DNA from: Myxococcales bacterium
Lineage (GTDB): Bacteria > Myxococcota_A > Bradymonadia > UBA7976 > UBA1532
DNA length: 64,000 nt
Direction: 5' to 3'
NCBI GenBank assembly: GCA_009692505.1
Contig: SHZC01000004.1
Location: 2,135 to 66,134 of the forward strand
Shown: positions 27,214 through 36,832 of the stretch, piece after piece
Numbering within the stretch: position 1 is the stretch's first letter
How the letters are laid out: every line of letters begins with the position of its first letter
Notes under the pieces: model-generated
Database searches by the model: none
What the model saw: the letters and a program-made list of their open reading frames with translations, nothing else
Told to the model about the DNA's origin: nothing
Position numbers and translations under genes: made by a program

Positions 27214-28395
27214 ATGAAACTACTCTTGCCCGTAATCACGTTGGGTCTGCTCGCTCTGACCGGCTGTAGCGACAAGGGCTCGCCCGCTGGCGCTGGCCCC
27301 GGCTCCCAGGCCGCCTCGAAGGCCCCTGAGGCCACGACTATCAAGATCGGCGAGTTCGGCTCTATGACCGGCTCGGAGGCGACCTTCGGACAGTCGACCC
27401 ACAACGGCATCCTGCTCGCGCTCGAGGAGGTCAACGCCGCCGGGGGCGTCAACGGCAAGAAGGTCGAGCTGAAGAGCTACGACGATCAGGGCAAGTCGCA
27501 GGAGGCCGGGACCGTCGTCACCCGCCTCATCACCGAGGACAAGGTCGTGGCCATCCTCGGCGAGGTGGCGTCGTCGCTGTCGCTGGCCGGCGGGCGCGTG
27601 GCCCAGCAGTACGGCATCCCCATGATCAGCCCGTCGTCGACCAACCCGCAGGTCACGGCCATCGGCGACATGATCTTTCGGGTCTGCTTCATCGATCCCT
27701 ACCAGGGCTACGTCGTCGCCAAGTTCGCGCGGGAGAACCTCAAGTTCAGCAAGGTCGCGGTCCTCTACGATCAGGGCCAGGCCTACTCGAAGGGCCTGAA
27801 GGACGACTTCATCAAGGCCTTCACCGAGATGGGCGGCACGGTCACGGTCGAGCAGTCGTATACCGGCGGCGATCAGGACTTCTCGGCGCAGTTGACGACG
27901 ATCAAGGGCACCTCGCCCGAGGCCGTCTTCCTGCCCGGCTACTACACCGAGGCAGGCAATATCTCGTTGCAGGCCAAGAAGCTCGGCCTCATCGCGACCA
28001 TGCTCGGCGGCGACGGCTGGGACTCGTCGAAGCTCGCCGAGATCGCCGGTGACGCCATCGAAGGCGCGTATTATTCCAACCACTACGCGGCCGAGGACAC
28101 CCGGCCCGAGGTGCAGGAGTTCGTCAAGAAGTATCAGGCCAAGTACGGCTCGGTGCCCGATGGGCTCGCCGCGCTCGGCTACGACGCCGCCCGCCTGCTC
28201 TTCGATGCCATGCGCCGCGCGCCCTCGCTGGCCGGCAAGGATCTCGCGGCGGCCATCGCCAGCACCAAAGACTTCCCCGCGGTGACCGGCGTCATCAGCA
28301 TCGACGCCGAGCGCAACGCGACGAAGCCCGCGGTCGTTCTTCAGATGAAGGGCGGCAAGCCCGTCTACGCCGCTACGGTCGAACCCCGGAAGTAA
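27214..28395 (+). CDS. Branched-chain amino acid ABC transporter substrate-binding lipoprotein (LivJ/K family)
   Basis: GGAGGGG RBS and lipobox LLALTGCSD. Type-I periplasmic binding-protein sequence (IKIGEFGSMTGSEA…, VVAILGEVASS…). Followed by livHMGF. Confidence 0.88.
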   Translation: MKLLLPVITLGLLALTGCSDKGSPAGAGPGSQAASKAPEATTIKIGEFGSMTGSEATFGQSTHNGILLALEEVNAAGGVNGKKVELKSYDDQGKSQEAGTVVTRLITEDKVVAILGEVASSLSLAGGRVAQQYGIPMISPSSTNPQVTAIGDMIFRVCFIDPYQGYVVAKFARENLKFSKVAVLYDQGQAYSKGLKDDFIKAFTEMGGTVTVEQSYTGGDQDFSAQLTTIKGTSPEAVFLPGYYTEAGNISLQAKKLGLIATMLGGDGWDSSKLAEIAGDAIEGAYYSNHYAAEDTRPEVQEFVKKYQAKYGSVPDGLAALGYDAARLLFDAMRRAPSLAGKDLAAAIASTKDFPAVTGVISIDAERNATKPAVVLQMKGGKPVYAATVEPRK

Positions 28396-28402
28396 GACCC
28401 TC

Positions 28403-29323
28403 TTGGCGAAGCTGCTCCAGACCCTCTTCGACGGGGTCGCCGTCGGCAGTCTCTACGCGCTCATCGCGTTGGGCTACACGATGGTTTACGGCATCTTGCA
28501 GTTCATCAACTTCGCCCACAGCGACATCTTCATGACCGGCGCGTGGATCGCGTTCGTCATCGCGAAGGCCGCCGGTTGGGCGGGCGGCGATACGCCGATC
28601 TGGGCGTCTCTGGTCACGCTCTTGGGCTCCATGATCTTCTGCGGGCTGCTCGGCTTCGTCATCGAGCGGCTGGCCTATCGTCCGCTCCGCGGCGCGCCCC
28701 GTCTCAACGTGCTCATCACGGCCATCGGGGTGTCCCTGTTCCTGGAGAACACGGGGCAGCTCGAGGTGCTCTTCGGCACGCAGCCCCAGCGGATGCCCAC
28801 CCTCCTGTCGAGCGAGCCGCTGTTTCGCATCGGCGGGGTCGGTCTGCCGCTCGTCGATGTGGTCGTCGTCCTCGTCGCCGTGGGCCTCATGCTTTTGCTC
28901 CAGTGGCTCGTCTTCAGCACACGCCTCGGCCGGGCCATGCGCGCCGTCTCGTTCAGCATCCCGGTGGCCTCGCTCATGGGGGTCAACGTCGATCGCGTCG
29001 TGTCCTTCACCTTCGTCGTCGGCTCGGCGCTCGCGGCGGCGGCCGGTTTCCTCTACGCGATGAAGTACCCGGGCCTGAACCAGCCAGCGCACTCGACATG
29101 GATCCTGCTCGGCCTGAAGTGCTTCGTCGCGGCCGTGGTCGGGGGCATCGGCAACGTGCGCGGCGCCATGCTCGGCGGCCTGCTCATCGGCTGCGTGGAG
29201 ATGTTCGGCGCGGCGTATCTCTCGACGAGCCTGCGGGACGTCTACGTCTTCTCCATCCTCATCCTCGTCCTGCTCTTCAAGCCCACGGGCCTCCTCGGCA
29301 AGGCGACGGTGGAGAAGGTCTGA
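28403..29323 (+). CDS. livH: Branched-chain amino acid ABC transporter permease
   Basis: 306-aa polytopic protein with LivH-type N-terminus (LLQTLFDGVAVGSLYALIALGYTMVYG). TTG start. Confidence 0.88.
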   Translation: MAKLLQTLFDGVAVGSLYALIALGYTMVYGILQFINFAHSDIFMTGAWIAFVIAKAAGWAGGDTPIWASLVTLLGSMIFCGLLGFVIERLAYRPLRGAPRLNVLITAIGVSLFLENTGQLEVLFGTQPQRMPTLLSSEPLFRIGGVGLPLVDVVVVLVAVGLMLLLQWLVFSTRLGRAMRAVSFSIPVASLMGVNVDRVVSFTFVVGSALAAAAGFLYAMKYPGLNQPAHSTWILLGLKCFVAAVVGGIGNVRGAMLGGLLIGCVEMFGAAYLSTSLRDVYVFSILILVLLFKPTGLLGKATVEKV

Positions 29324-30384
29324 TGGGCTACCTGCGCGCCGTCTCGCCGTTCCTCGGGGCCATCGTGCTGGCGTTCGTGATGCAGTTTGGCGTCGCGCCG
29401 ATGTTCGGGGCGTATTACCAAAAGCTGCTCATCGACATCGGCATCAACATCGTGCTCGCCGTCTCGCTCAACCTCGTCAACGGCTTCGCGGGGCAGTTCT
29501 CCATCGGCCACGCCGCGTTCATGGCCGTGGGTGGCTACGCCGCGGGCGCCATCACCTACTACGGCTCGTTCCACGTCTTCGGCGACGCGCTCGTCCACCA
29601 CGGGCAGGGCGACGTTCTCTTCTTGGCAGCGACCCTCGTGGGCGGCTGTGTCGCGGCGGTCGCCGGTTGGGTCGTGGGCCTCCCTTCGCTCAGGCTCAAG
29701 GGCGATTACCTCGCCATCGTCACCTTGGGGTTCGGCGAGATCGTCCGCGTCCTCCTCCAGCTCACCGACGACGTGATGTTCAAGCGGGCGGACATCGAGG
29801 CGGCGTCGGTCGGCACGCTCGCCCTCGCCCTCGGCGGCGCGCTGGGCTTCGGAGGGCTGCCTTTCTACACCAGCATCGTGTGGACCTACTTCTTCGCCTT
29901 TACGCTGCTCGTCATCGCCGTCCGCCTGAAGACCTCGGGGGAGGGCCGGGCGTTCCTCTCCGTCCGCGAGAACGAGATCGCCGCGAGCGCCATGGGCATC
30001 GACACGACCCGCTACAAGGTCCGGGCGTTTGTCCTCGCGGCGTTCTTCGCGGGCATCGCCGGCTCGCTCTTCGCCCACGAGATCGGCACGACGCTCAACC
30101 CGCGTGAGCTCGGCTTCCAGAAGAGCTTCGACATCGTGATCATGGTCGTGCTCGGGGGCATGGGCTCGATCTCTGGCGCGGTCTTGGCGGCCATCGTGCT
30201 CACGCTCCTGCCGGAGTTCCTGCGCGAGGCGGCGAGCTATCGAATGATCATCTACGCGCTCCTCCTCATCTCGATGATGATCCTCCGACCACAGGGCCTC
30301 TTCGGCGTGCGGGAGGTCTGGGAGCTGTATCGGCGTCCGAAGGTCAGTCGCCCGCAGGTCAGGCCCCCGGGATCTTTGCCATGA
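29323..30384 (+). CDS. livM: Branched-chain amino acid ABC transporter permease
   Basis: The ATG overlaps the livH stop. …NIVLAVSLNLVNGFAGQFSIGHAAFMAVGGY… is LivM-type. The 28543 start in the ORF track is rejected. Confidence 0.88.
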   Translation: MGYLRAVSPFLGAIVLAFVMQFGVAPMFGAYYQKLLIDIGINIVLAVSLNLVNGFAGQFSIGHAAFMAVGGYAAGAITYYGSFHVFGDALVHHGQGDVLFLAATLVGGCVAAVAGWVVGLPSLRLKGDYLAIVTLGFGEIVRVLLQLTDDVMFKRADIEAASVGTLALALGGALGFGGLPFYTSIVWTYFFAFTLLVIAVRLKTSGEGRAFLSVRENEIAASAMGIDTTRYKVRAFVLAAFFAGIAGSLFAHEIGTTLNPRELGFQKSFDIVIMVVLGGMGSISGAVLAAIVLTLLPEFLREAASYRMIIYALLLISMMILRPQGLFGVREVWELYRRPKVSRPQVRPPGSLP

Positions 30385-31163
30385 GCGAACCCTTGCTCGA
30401 CGTGTCCGGCTTGTCCCTGGCGTTCGGTGGGCTCAAGGCGGTGACCGACTTCTCCCTGAAGCTGCACAAGGGCGAGCTCCAAGCGCTCATCGGCCCGAAC
30501 GGCGCGGGAAAGACCACGATCTTCAACCTCCTGACCGGCGTCTATCGGCCGCAGCAAGGTGAGGTTCGGCTCGGTGGCCGCCTGCTCAACGGCTTGCCGA
30601 CCCACAAGATCGCCGCCTCCGGCATGGCCCGCACGTTCCAGAACATCCGGCTCTTCGGAGACCTGACCGTGCTCGACAATGTGCGGATCGCCTGCCACCT
30701 GCGGGCCCGCGCCGGGCTCTTTTCCGCGCTCCTCCGCACGCCGGCCCATGTCGCCGAGGAGGCCGCGATCCGCGAGAAGGCCATGGCCCTGCTCGAGGTC
30801 TTCTCGCTCGCCGATCGACACGCCGAGCTCTCCCGCAACCTGCCGTATGGTGACCAGCGCCGGTTGGAGATCGCCCGCGCGCTGGGGACCGAGCCCAAGG
30901 TGCTTTTGCTCGACGAGCCGGCCGCGGGCATGAACCCGCAGGAGAAGGTCGCCTTGTCCGAGCTCATCACGCTCGTTCGCCACCGCTTCGGCGTCACGGT
31001 CCTGCTCATCGAGCACGACATGGCGCTGGTCATGAAGATCTGCGAGCGGATCACGGTCATCGATCATGGCGTGACCATCGCGTCGGGCTCACCGCTCGAA
31101 GTGCAGGGCAATCCTGCGGTCATCGAGGCCTATCTGGGCGCCCCGTCGGCGGAAGGTCACTGA
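30381..31163 (+). CDS. livG: Branched-chain amino acid ABC transporter ATP-binding protein
   Basis: Walker A GPNGAGKTT, signature LPYGDQRRLEIARAL, Walker B LLLDEPAAG. Confidence 0.9.
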   Translation: MSEPLLDVSGLSLAFGGLKAVTDFSLKLHKGELQALIGPNGAGKTTIFNLLTGVYRPQQGEVRLGGRLLNGLPTHKIAASGMARTFQNIRLFGDLTVLDNVRIACHLRARAGLFSALLRTPAHVAEEAAIREKAMALLEVFSLADRHAELSRNLPYGDQRRLEIARALGTEPKVLLLDEPAAGMNPQEKVALSELITLVRHRFGVTVLLIEHDMALVMKICERITVIDHGVTIASGSPLEVQGNPAVIEAYLGAPSAEGH

Positions 31164-31166
31164 GGC

Positions 31167-31880
31167 ATGGCGCTCCTGACGGTCAAGCAACTTGACGTTC
31201 ACTATGGCGCGATCCACGCGCTCAAAGGCCTCTCGCTCACCGTCGAGGCGGGGCAGATCGTCACCCTCATCGGGTCCAACGGCGCGGGCAAGACCACCAC
31301 GTTGAAGACCATCTCCAGCCTGCTTCGGCCCACCAGCGGCGATATCCTCTTTGATGGTCAGAGCATCGTCGGCCGGCCCACCCATGAGCTCGTCCGGCTC
31401 GGCATCGCGCACGCCCCTGAGGGTCGCGGGATCTTCGCCAATCTCACGGTGGACGAGAACCTGGAGATGGGTGCCTACGTTCGGCGCGACAAAGTCGGGA
31501 TCGCCGCCGATCGCGAGCGCGCGCTCACGCTTTTTCCGCGCCTCCGCGAGCGGCTTACGCAGAGCGCCGGCACGCTGTCCGGGGGTGAGCAGCAGATGTT
31601 GGCGATCGGTCGCGCGCTCTTGGCTCGGCCCCGCCTGCTCCTGCTCGACGAGCCGTCCCTGGGCCTCGCGCCGCAGGTCGTGCGGACCATCTTCGACATC
31701 ATCCGCGACATCAACGCCTCGGGCACGACGATCCTTCTTGTGGAACAAAACGCGCACATGGCCCTGGGCGTGGCCCATTTTGGGTACGTGCTTGAGGTGG
31801 GCCAGATCGTCATGGCGGACCGGGCGGAGACGTTGGCGAAGAGCGACGAGGTCAGAAAGGCGTACCTCGGCGTGGGCTGA
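31167..31880 (+). CDS. livF: Branched-chain amino acid ABC transporter ATP-binding protein
   Basis: Walker A GSNGAGKTT, signature LSGGEQQMLAIGRAL, Walker B LLLDEPSLG. Confidence 0.9.
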   Translation: MALLTVKQLDVHYGAIHALKGLSLTVEAGQIVTLIGSNGAGKTTTLKTISSLLRPTSGDILFDGQSIVGRPTHELVRLGIAHAPEGRGIFANLTVDENLEMGAYVRRDKVGIAADRERALTLFPRLRERLTQSAGTLSGGEQQMLAIGRALLARPRLLLLDEPSLGLAPQVVRTIFDIIRDINASGTTILLVEQNAHMALGVAHFGYVLEVGQIVMADRAETLAKSDEVRKAYLGVG

Positions 31881-31895
31881 GGACGGCAGCGGTTC

Positions 31896-32774
31896 ATGTT
31901 CGAGATTGACCCCTACATCGCGCTCGTGGGGCTGCCCATCGGCCTCGTCGTCGGCTTGACCGGCATGGGCGGCGGCGCGCTCTTGACCCCGCTGCTCATC
32001 CTGGGATTCGGCGTCGACCCCTTGACCGCCATCTCCAGCGATCTGGTCGCCTCGCTCTTCATGAAGCCGGTCGGCGGCGCGGTGCACCTGAAGAGCGGCA
32101 CCGTGCGGACAGACATCGTGAAGCTCCTCATGTGGGGCTCGATGCCCTCGGCCGTCGTCGGCGTGCTCCTCCTCAAGCTCCTGTTCCACGATGACCACGG
32201 CCCCATGAAGACCATGCTCGGCTGGGGACTGCTCGTGGTCCTGCTCTCCATGGTCGCTCGCCGGATCTTCGGGCAGACGCGGCCCATCGACGCTGTCGAC
32301 ACCGACATCAAGCTGCGCCCGCTGCCCACGCTGCTCGCGGGCGTCGTCGGCGGGCTCATCGTCGGCCTGACCTCGGTGGGCTCGGGCTCGCTCATCATTG
32401 CTTCGCTCATGATCATCTATCCGCGGATGAGCATGAGGGGGCTCATCGGCACCGATCTCGTCCAGGCTGTGCCGCTCGTCGGGGCCGCCGCGCTCGCGCA
32501 CGTCTTCTTCGGGGATGTGAAGTTGTCGCTGACCTTGTCCTTGCTCATCGGCGCGATCCCCGGCGTTTATATCGGCGCCCGAATCTCCTCGACGGCCAAA
32601 GATGGACTCATGAAGCCGATCATCATGGTGCTGCTCGCGGCGACCGGCGTGAAGCTCCTGGGGGTCGGGAACTTGACGGCACTTGCGGTCGCCGCCGGGG
32701 TCTCGGGCGCGCTCTTCGCCGAGGCCCTCCTCCGACGCAAGGCCGCCCCGGTGGTCGACAGCGAGCCTCGATGA
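31896..32774 (+). CDS. TauE/SafE (DUF81) family anion-export membrane protein
   Basis: 292-aa polytopic protein with GLTGMGGGALLTPLL and a second VGLTSVGSGSL half-repeat typical of TauE/SafE. Confidence 0.75.
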   Translation: MFEIDPYIALVGLPIGLVVGLTGMGGGALLTPLLILGFGVDPLTAISSDLVASLFMKPVGGAVHLKSGTVRTDIVKLLMWGSMPSAVVGVLLLKLLFHDDHGPMKTMLGWGLLVVLLSMVARRIFGQTRPIDAVDTDIKLRPLPTLLAGVVGGLIVGLTSVGSGSLIIASLMIIYPRMSMRGLIGTDLVQAVPLVGAAALAHVFFGDVKLSLTLSLLIGAIPGVYIGARISSTAKDGLMKPIIMVLLAATGVKLLGVGNLTALAVAAGVSGALFAEALLRRKAAPVVDSEPR

Positions 32775-33069
32775 TCAAGCTCTCGGACGTCGCCGCGGGA
32801 GGCGGTGAGGCACGAGTGAGGGTGCCTGGGAGAGATTTGCCGCCAGAGGCATCCTACTCGAAGCCTTCAGGCTAGACTCCGCGGCGGCACTTCCTCGGGG
32901 CGAGACCGCTTGGGCGATTTGGAACGAAGGCAGCTCCACCTGCTCGTGGCGGTCATTATATGGACCGCACTGGCCTGGCCACTTTTGGCTGGACCCTCGC
33001 CCTCCGGCCGCGGGCCTTCAGCGAACGGGCGACCCTTCGTCCAGGCTCGAGAACCTCCGCCCGCACAGC

Positions 33070-33714
33070 TCAGTGGGTCGCGATGAAGCTCTTGACCTGC
33101 GCATAGTCCTCCGGGTGAATCGAGCCTACGCGCACGCAGCGTAGGTTCTTCGCCGGATCGACGAGCAGGTGAATCGGGATAGCCGCGGTCTTGTCGAGCC
33201 CGACCGAGTCCAGGAACGTCGCGAAGGCGGCGTCGCTCTCCACCCAGCGCACGGTACCCGGCAAGCCGGTCGTCACGCGGCTCTTCAGCGCGGCTTCATC
33301 GGCGAGCGCGTCGATGGACCACAGATCGAAGCTGACGCCCATGCCCTCGCGTTGAAACCCATCACGCCAGCGCGCGAAGAGGCCCATCTCCTCGATACAC
33401 GGCTTGCACCACGTCGCCCAGAGGTTGACGTATGACCAGCCGGCCGGCGTCGGCACAGCCGCTGGCACGCCGCCGATGGGTCGCTCTACAGGCGCGACGA
33501 AGGGCTTTTGTCCCGGGCCGAAGGTCTTCTCACAGAAGCCGTCTCCGGAGGGCGCCGTGGTAGCCGCCGCCGCACCCGGGGCGGCCTTCACGCTATCGGT
33601 GCGAGAGATCGTCTCGGCGCGGGCCGAGAGGGGGGCCGGTCCGCCGCTCTCCGACGAGCCGCTGCAGGCTCCAAGCAGGAGCGCCAGGCTCACGCAGGCG
33701 GCGTCAGATCGCAC
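33070..33714 (-). CDS. TlpA-like thiol:disulfide oxidoreductase lipoprotein
   Basis: Lipobox LALLLGACS and a thioredoxin-fold WCKPC motif (NLWATWCKPCIEE). A GTG start at 33714 (or TTG at 33720) overlaps the upstream stop. The 332-aa ORF-track version is rejected. Confidence 0.75.
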   Translation of the reverse strand: MRSDAACVSLALLLGACSGSSESGGPAPLSARAETISRTDSVKAAPGAAAATTAPSGDGFCEKTFGPGQKPFVAPVERPIGGVPAAVPTPAGWSYVNLWATWCKPCIEEMGLFARWRDGFQREGMGVSFDLWSIDALADEAALKSRVTTGLPGTVRWVESDAAFATFLDSVGLDKTAAIPIHLLVDPAKNLRCVRVGSIHPEDYAQVKSFIATH

Positions 33715-34420
33715 AGTCAATCCAGGCGATGAAGGCGCTGCGGTTGATCTCTTTCTCGGTGCAGGGCACGTCCACGAGACCCGAGCGCGACCGGCTCCAG
33801 CCGCAGAACTCGGTGCCGAGCTGCGCGAAGCCCTCGCCCAACCAGAGCAGGCCGACCTCCTTCTTGAGGTCCGGATCCTTGAACTTCGTCTCCAGGTGGC
33901 TGAGCACGGCCTGCGCGCGGGCCGCGCTATACTCCTCGTTCTTCTTGGCGTCGCCGTCGGTGCTCGCCCGGGACACCACGAAGAAGAAGCTCGCGCCGCG
34001 CTGATCGGCCCAGGCCTTCTCAACGAGCGCCTTGGCCGGCTCATCGAGCTCGGTGTTCTCCGGATCAAACTGGATCAACCCGGCGCGCTTCGAGAGGGGC
34101 AGGAAGAGGGCGTTGAAGTCTTCGCTGGAGAGCTGCGCGACGCTTTGAGCTTGCATCGGCTGGCAACCTCGACCGCCCGCCGCCTCGCCGAGCAGGCCGC
34201 AGGAGCCGGCCACGCGACGAACGATCGACTTGAGCTGGGGCGTGCAGTACTGGTCCTCGGCCATCGCGGCCACGGGGACCGCGCTCGGCGTCGCGAGCTT
34301 GGCCGCCACGTTCTCCTTATAACGAGCGTCGGCCGCGCCGAGCCAGCCGGAGACCATGAACGCGGGGATGGCGATCCCGGCAACCGCCGTGACGACCCGA
34401 CCAATGATGTCGTGATTCAC
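33704..34420 (-). CDS. Membrane-anchored periplasmic protein with weak OmpA/MotB-like C-terminal region
   Basis: GGAGG RBS. The GTG start at 34420 overlaps the upstream TGA (GTGA). One TM helix (IIGRVVTAVAGIAIPAFMVSGWLGA). …FFFVVSRASTDGDAKKNEEYSAARAQAVLSHL… resembles the OmpA-family core (G.TD..G….N..LS..RA..V). Six Cys residues. Confidence 0.45.
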   Translation of the reverse strand: MNHDIIGRVVTAVAGIAIPAFMVSGWLGAADARYKENVAAKLATPSAVPVAAMAEDQYCTPQLKSIVRRVAGSCGLLGEAAGGRGCQPMQAQSVAQLSSEDFNALFLPLSKRAGLIQFDPENTELDEPAKALVEKAWADQRGASFFFVVSRASTDGDAKKNEEYSAARAQAVLSHLETKFKDPDLKKEVGLLWLGEGFAQLGTEFCGWSRSRSGLVDVPCTEKEINRSAFIAWIDCAI

Positions 34421-35733
34421 TTCGAACCTCCAGCCGGGGCGGCCCCGGTCTTCTCGAGCATTCGGGCGAGCGTGAACTCCAGCCCGAGATCCGTGTCCTC
34501 GTCGCACATCCGCGTCCCGTTCACGAAGACCTGAGGCGTCAGGAGCGACAGCGCGTTCGACACGGCCCAGCGTAGGCTCTTGTTGAGCTTGTTCTGCACG
34601 TTGTGGCCGCCGAGGCAGCCCTTCACCGCGGGGAACTTCGTCTCAATCTCGGCCCGGAGCTTCTTCTCGTCGGCCTTGGCCATGGCCGTCAGGCTCTCCT
34701 GCTCGGCGAAGGCCCAGTCGAGGATCTTGCGTGCCTCGGCCGGGCTGCCCTTGCCGTCGACCGCGCCCGCCGCGCACAGCATGGCCTCGGAGACCGCGCA
34801 GGCGCCCGGGTGCATGGAGCCCGAGACCATCCAGTTACACGTCGAGTCGAGCGGGAAGAGCACGGCCTTGATGTCGAGCTTGTCCCGAAGCTGGGTCGTC
34901 TTGAGGCGAACGTCGAACGCCCGGCACGAGGGGCACAAGGGATCGAGCAGCTCGATCGTCGAGGCGCCGCCGGGGTGGCTGTCGATGGGGAACATGATCC
35001 CGTTCTCGTCGTTGGGCTGAACGAGGGTCCCGCATCCTTTGGCCCCGCCCGCGCTCGCGTCGGCCTGGGGCACAGCGCCCAGGTAGACCAGCGTCAGCAC
35101 ACCGACGAAGGCGACGCCTTCGACGACGCCGATGAAGAACCGCTGGATGCCCTTGCCGTCCGAGCCGCTCGACATGACCCAAGTGAGGACCGCCGCGACA
35201 AAACACGCGACGCTCGTCCAGTAGATGCCCTGGCAGGTCTTGCAGATGGCCCCGACCTTATTGACCGCGAGCCAGTAGAAGATGCCGCTCATGCCCAGAG
35301 GCAGGAGGGTGGCCGCGGTCAGGAAGAAGCCGTCGCTCTTCAGGGGTTGGCCGCGCCACAGAAGATGCGCTGCGCGATAGGCCAGGAACGCAAAGACCGC
35401 GATCGCGAAGAGGCTGACCGGCAGACCACCCCAGTAATCCTGACGGAACCACGAGCTGTACGGAGACAGCATGACCGTCCGGCACGGGCTCTCGAGCTCG
35501 GCCTCGCTGGCGCCGGGGACAAAGGAGCAGTGGATCTTGTGGACCTCGCGATCGAGGTGCTGAACAAAATCCGAGGTGCTCGTCGCCGCGAAGGACGCGC
35601 CCATCAAGGCCACCACGAGGAGGATGGCCAGTGGAATCCGCGCGAGATGGTTCGGCTTCAGAGACGAGGTCTCATCGGTCGAGCCGTCATCTGACGGGGA
35701 GGAAGAGGTGAACTGGGACATGGGATCGGACAT
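34417..35733 (-). CDS. VKOR-DsbA fusion disulfide-bond formation protein
   Basis: The N-terminal polytopic domain has loop Cys residues (HCSF…SPCRTV) and a TM CxxC (AICKTCQGIY), as in bacterial vitamin K epoxide reductase homologues. The C-terminal soluble domain has a DsbA-type CPSC (LDPLCPSCRAF). Confidence 0.8.
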   Translation of the reverse strand: MSDPMSQFTSSSPSDDGSTDETSSLKPNHLARIPLAILLVVALMGASFAATSTSDFVQHLDREVHKIHCSFVPGASEAELESPCRTVMLSPYSSWFRQDYWGGLPVSLFAIAVFAFLAYRAAHLLWRGQPLKSDGFFLTAATLLPLGMSGIFYWLAVNKVGAICKTCQGIYWTSVACFVAAVLTWVMSSGSDGKGIQRFFIGVVEGVAFVGVLTLVYLGAVPQADASAGGAKGCGTLVQPNDENGIMFPIDSHPGGASTIELLDPLCPSCRAFDVRLKTTQLRDKLDIKAVLFPLDSTCNWMVSGSMHPGACAVSEAMLCAAGAVDGKGSPAEARKILDWAFAEQESLTAMAKADEKKLRAEIETKFPAVKGCLGGHNVQNKLNKSLRWAVSNALSLLTPQVFVNGTRMCDEDTDLGLEFTLARMLEKTGAAPAGGSK

Positions 35734-35741
35734 GAAGGTCT

Positions 35742-35764
35742 CCGCCGCGCCAAAAAAGCGGCGG
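35742..35764 (-). promoter_or_regulatory. RBS-proximal hairpin upstream of the VKOR-DsbA gene
   Basis: On the minus sense: CCGCCGC-UUUUUUGGC-GCGGCGG (7-bp GC stem, U-rich loop), ending 8 nt before the ATG at 35733. No trailing U-tract, so it is not a canonical terminator. Confidence 0.25.
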
Positions 35765-35826
35765 GACCATGCCCATGGAACGGAGAAAAGGCAAGCCTTG
35801 GGCGAAGCAGCCCTGAGGCGAGGGCC

Positions 35827-36747
35827 TTACTTGCCGCCGGCCGGGCTGGAAGGCGCCGAAGGCAGGACGCCGGGGGGCAGGGGCTTACACGCGCACTCGG
35901 TCACGATGGAGCCGGTCTTGGCCGCGTCGTCCTTGTGCTTCTTGCAGTCGGCCAGGGAGGTCTCGCCGGCAAACTTCTTCTCGGCCTTCGCCTTCATGTC
36001 GTAGACGAACCAGTACTCGCAGGCGTTGGCCACGAGCTCGACGTTCCACGAGGTCTCGAAGTCCTCCGCGCCCGGCTTCTTCGACCAGACGTGCTCGGCC
36101 ACCGTGATCTCGAAGTTCTCGAAGCCCGGCTTGATGACCGTGAACTTGTACGTCGGCTTGATGTCCAGGTTCTGGATGTCGAGGGGCGTCACGCACTGCA
36201 TGTCGACCTCCACACCTTCGACCGGCTTCTTCTGCATACACTTCTTGGGATCCTCGTCCTGCACCACGATGGCGCCCGGCGGGACCGACTCGATGTGGAT
36301 GTTGCCGAACTTCTTCAGCTTCAGGAGCTGTTCGGACATGTGCTTCTCCTCCGCGTCGATGCGGAGTCGGCGCCGCTCGCTGCGGACCTCCTCTGACGAC
36401 TGCTGCGCGAGGAAGTAGCCGGTCACGCCAACGATGACGATGAGTGCTACGAAGAGCCCGAGGTTGAGCGCGCCCCGCTTGGTCACCTCCGGATCGACGA
36501 ACCGGCCGATCTTGTGGGCCGCGTCATCGTCGCCGAGCTCACCGCCGCCGCCCATGAGCAGGTCGCTGACTGTGTCGAAGTGGGCCTCAGCGTCGGGCTT
36601 CGGCCGGTCGGTCTGGCCGGACTTGCCGCCCCCGGACTTGCCGCTGCCAGATTTGGCACCGCCGGCCTTGCCGTCACCTGGGGCCTTGGCCCCCACGTCC
36701 TCGGCCAACTTGTCGATGATCTCGTCGCTCGATTTCGATTTCGCCAT
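35827..36747 (-). CDS. Bitopic membrane protein with Gly/Lys-rich cytoplasmic N-terminus, coiled-coil and PEGA-like periplasmic domain
   Basis: 306 aa. TM helix LNLGLFVALIVIVGVTGYFLA, a charged helix (SEEVRSERRRLRIDAEEKHMSEQLLKLKK), then IHIESVPPGAIVVQDE (PEGA-like motif). Six periplasmic Cys residues. Confidence 0.55.
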   Translation of the reverse strand: MAKSKSSDEIIDKLAEDVGAKAPGDGKAGGAKSGSGKSGGGKSGQTDRPKPDAEAHFDTVSDLLMGGGGELGDDDAAHKIGRFVDPEVTKRGALNLGLFVALIVIVGVTGYFLAQQSSEEVRSERRRLRIDAEEKHMSEQLLKLKKFGNIHIESVPPGAIVVQDEDPKKCMQKKPVEGVEVDMQCVTPLDIQNLDIKPTYKFTVIKPGFENFEITVAEHVWSKKPGAEDFETSWNVELVANACEYWFVYDMKAKAEKKFAGETSLADCKKHKDDAAKTGSIVTECACKPLPPGVLPSAPSSPAGGK

Positions 36748-36832
36748 CGTCGGGGCTGTCCTCTCAGGTGTTCCAAGCGCAAAACGCGCGGCAGAATGGG
36801 GGATAATCGCTCGACGCGCAACGGGCAGACGA

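Noticed and set aside
32949-32968. Inverted repeat GCGGTC-ATTATATG-GACCGC in the convergent gap between the TauE and TlpA genes. It forms an AT-rich island and reads TATAAT on the minus strand.
   Set aside because: There is no U-tract for a terminator and no downstream gene for a promoter in either orientation. It is possibly a weak bidirectional terminator or sRNA element, but this is unsupported.
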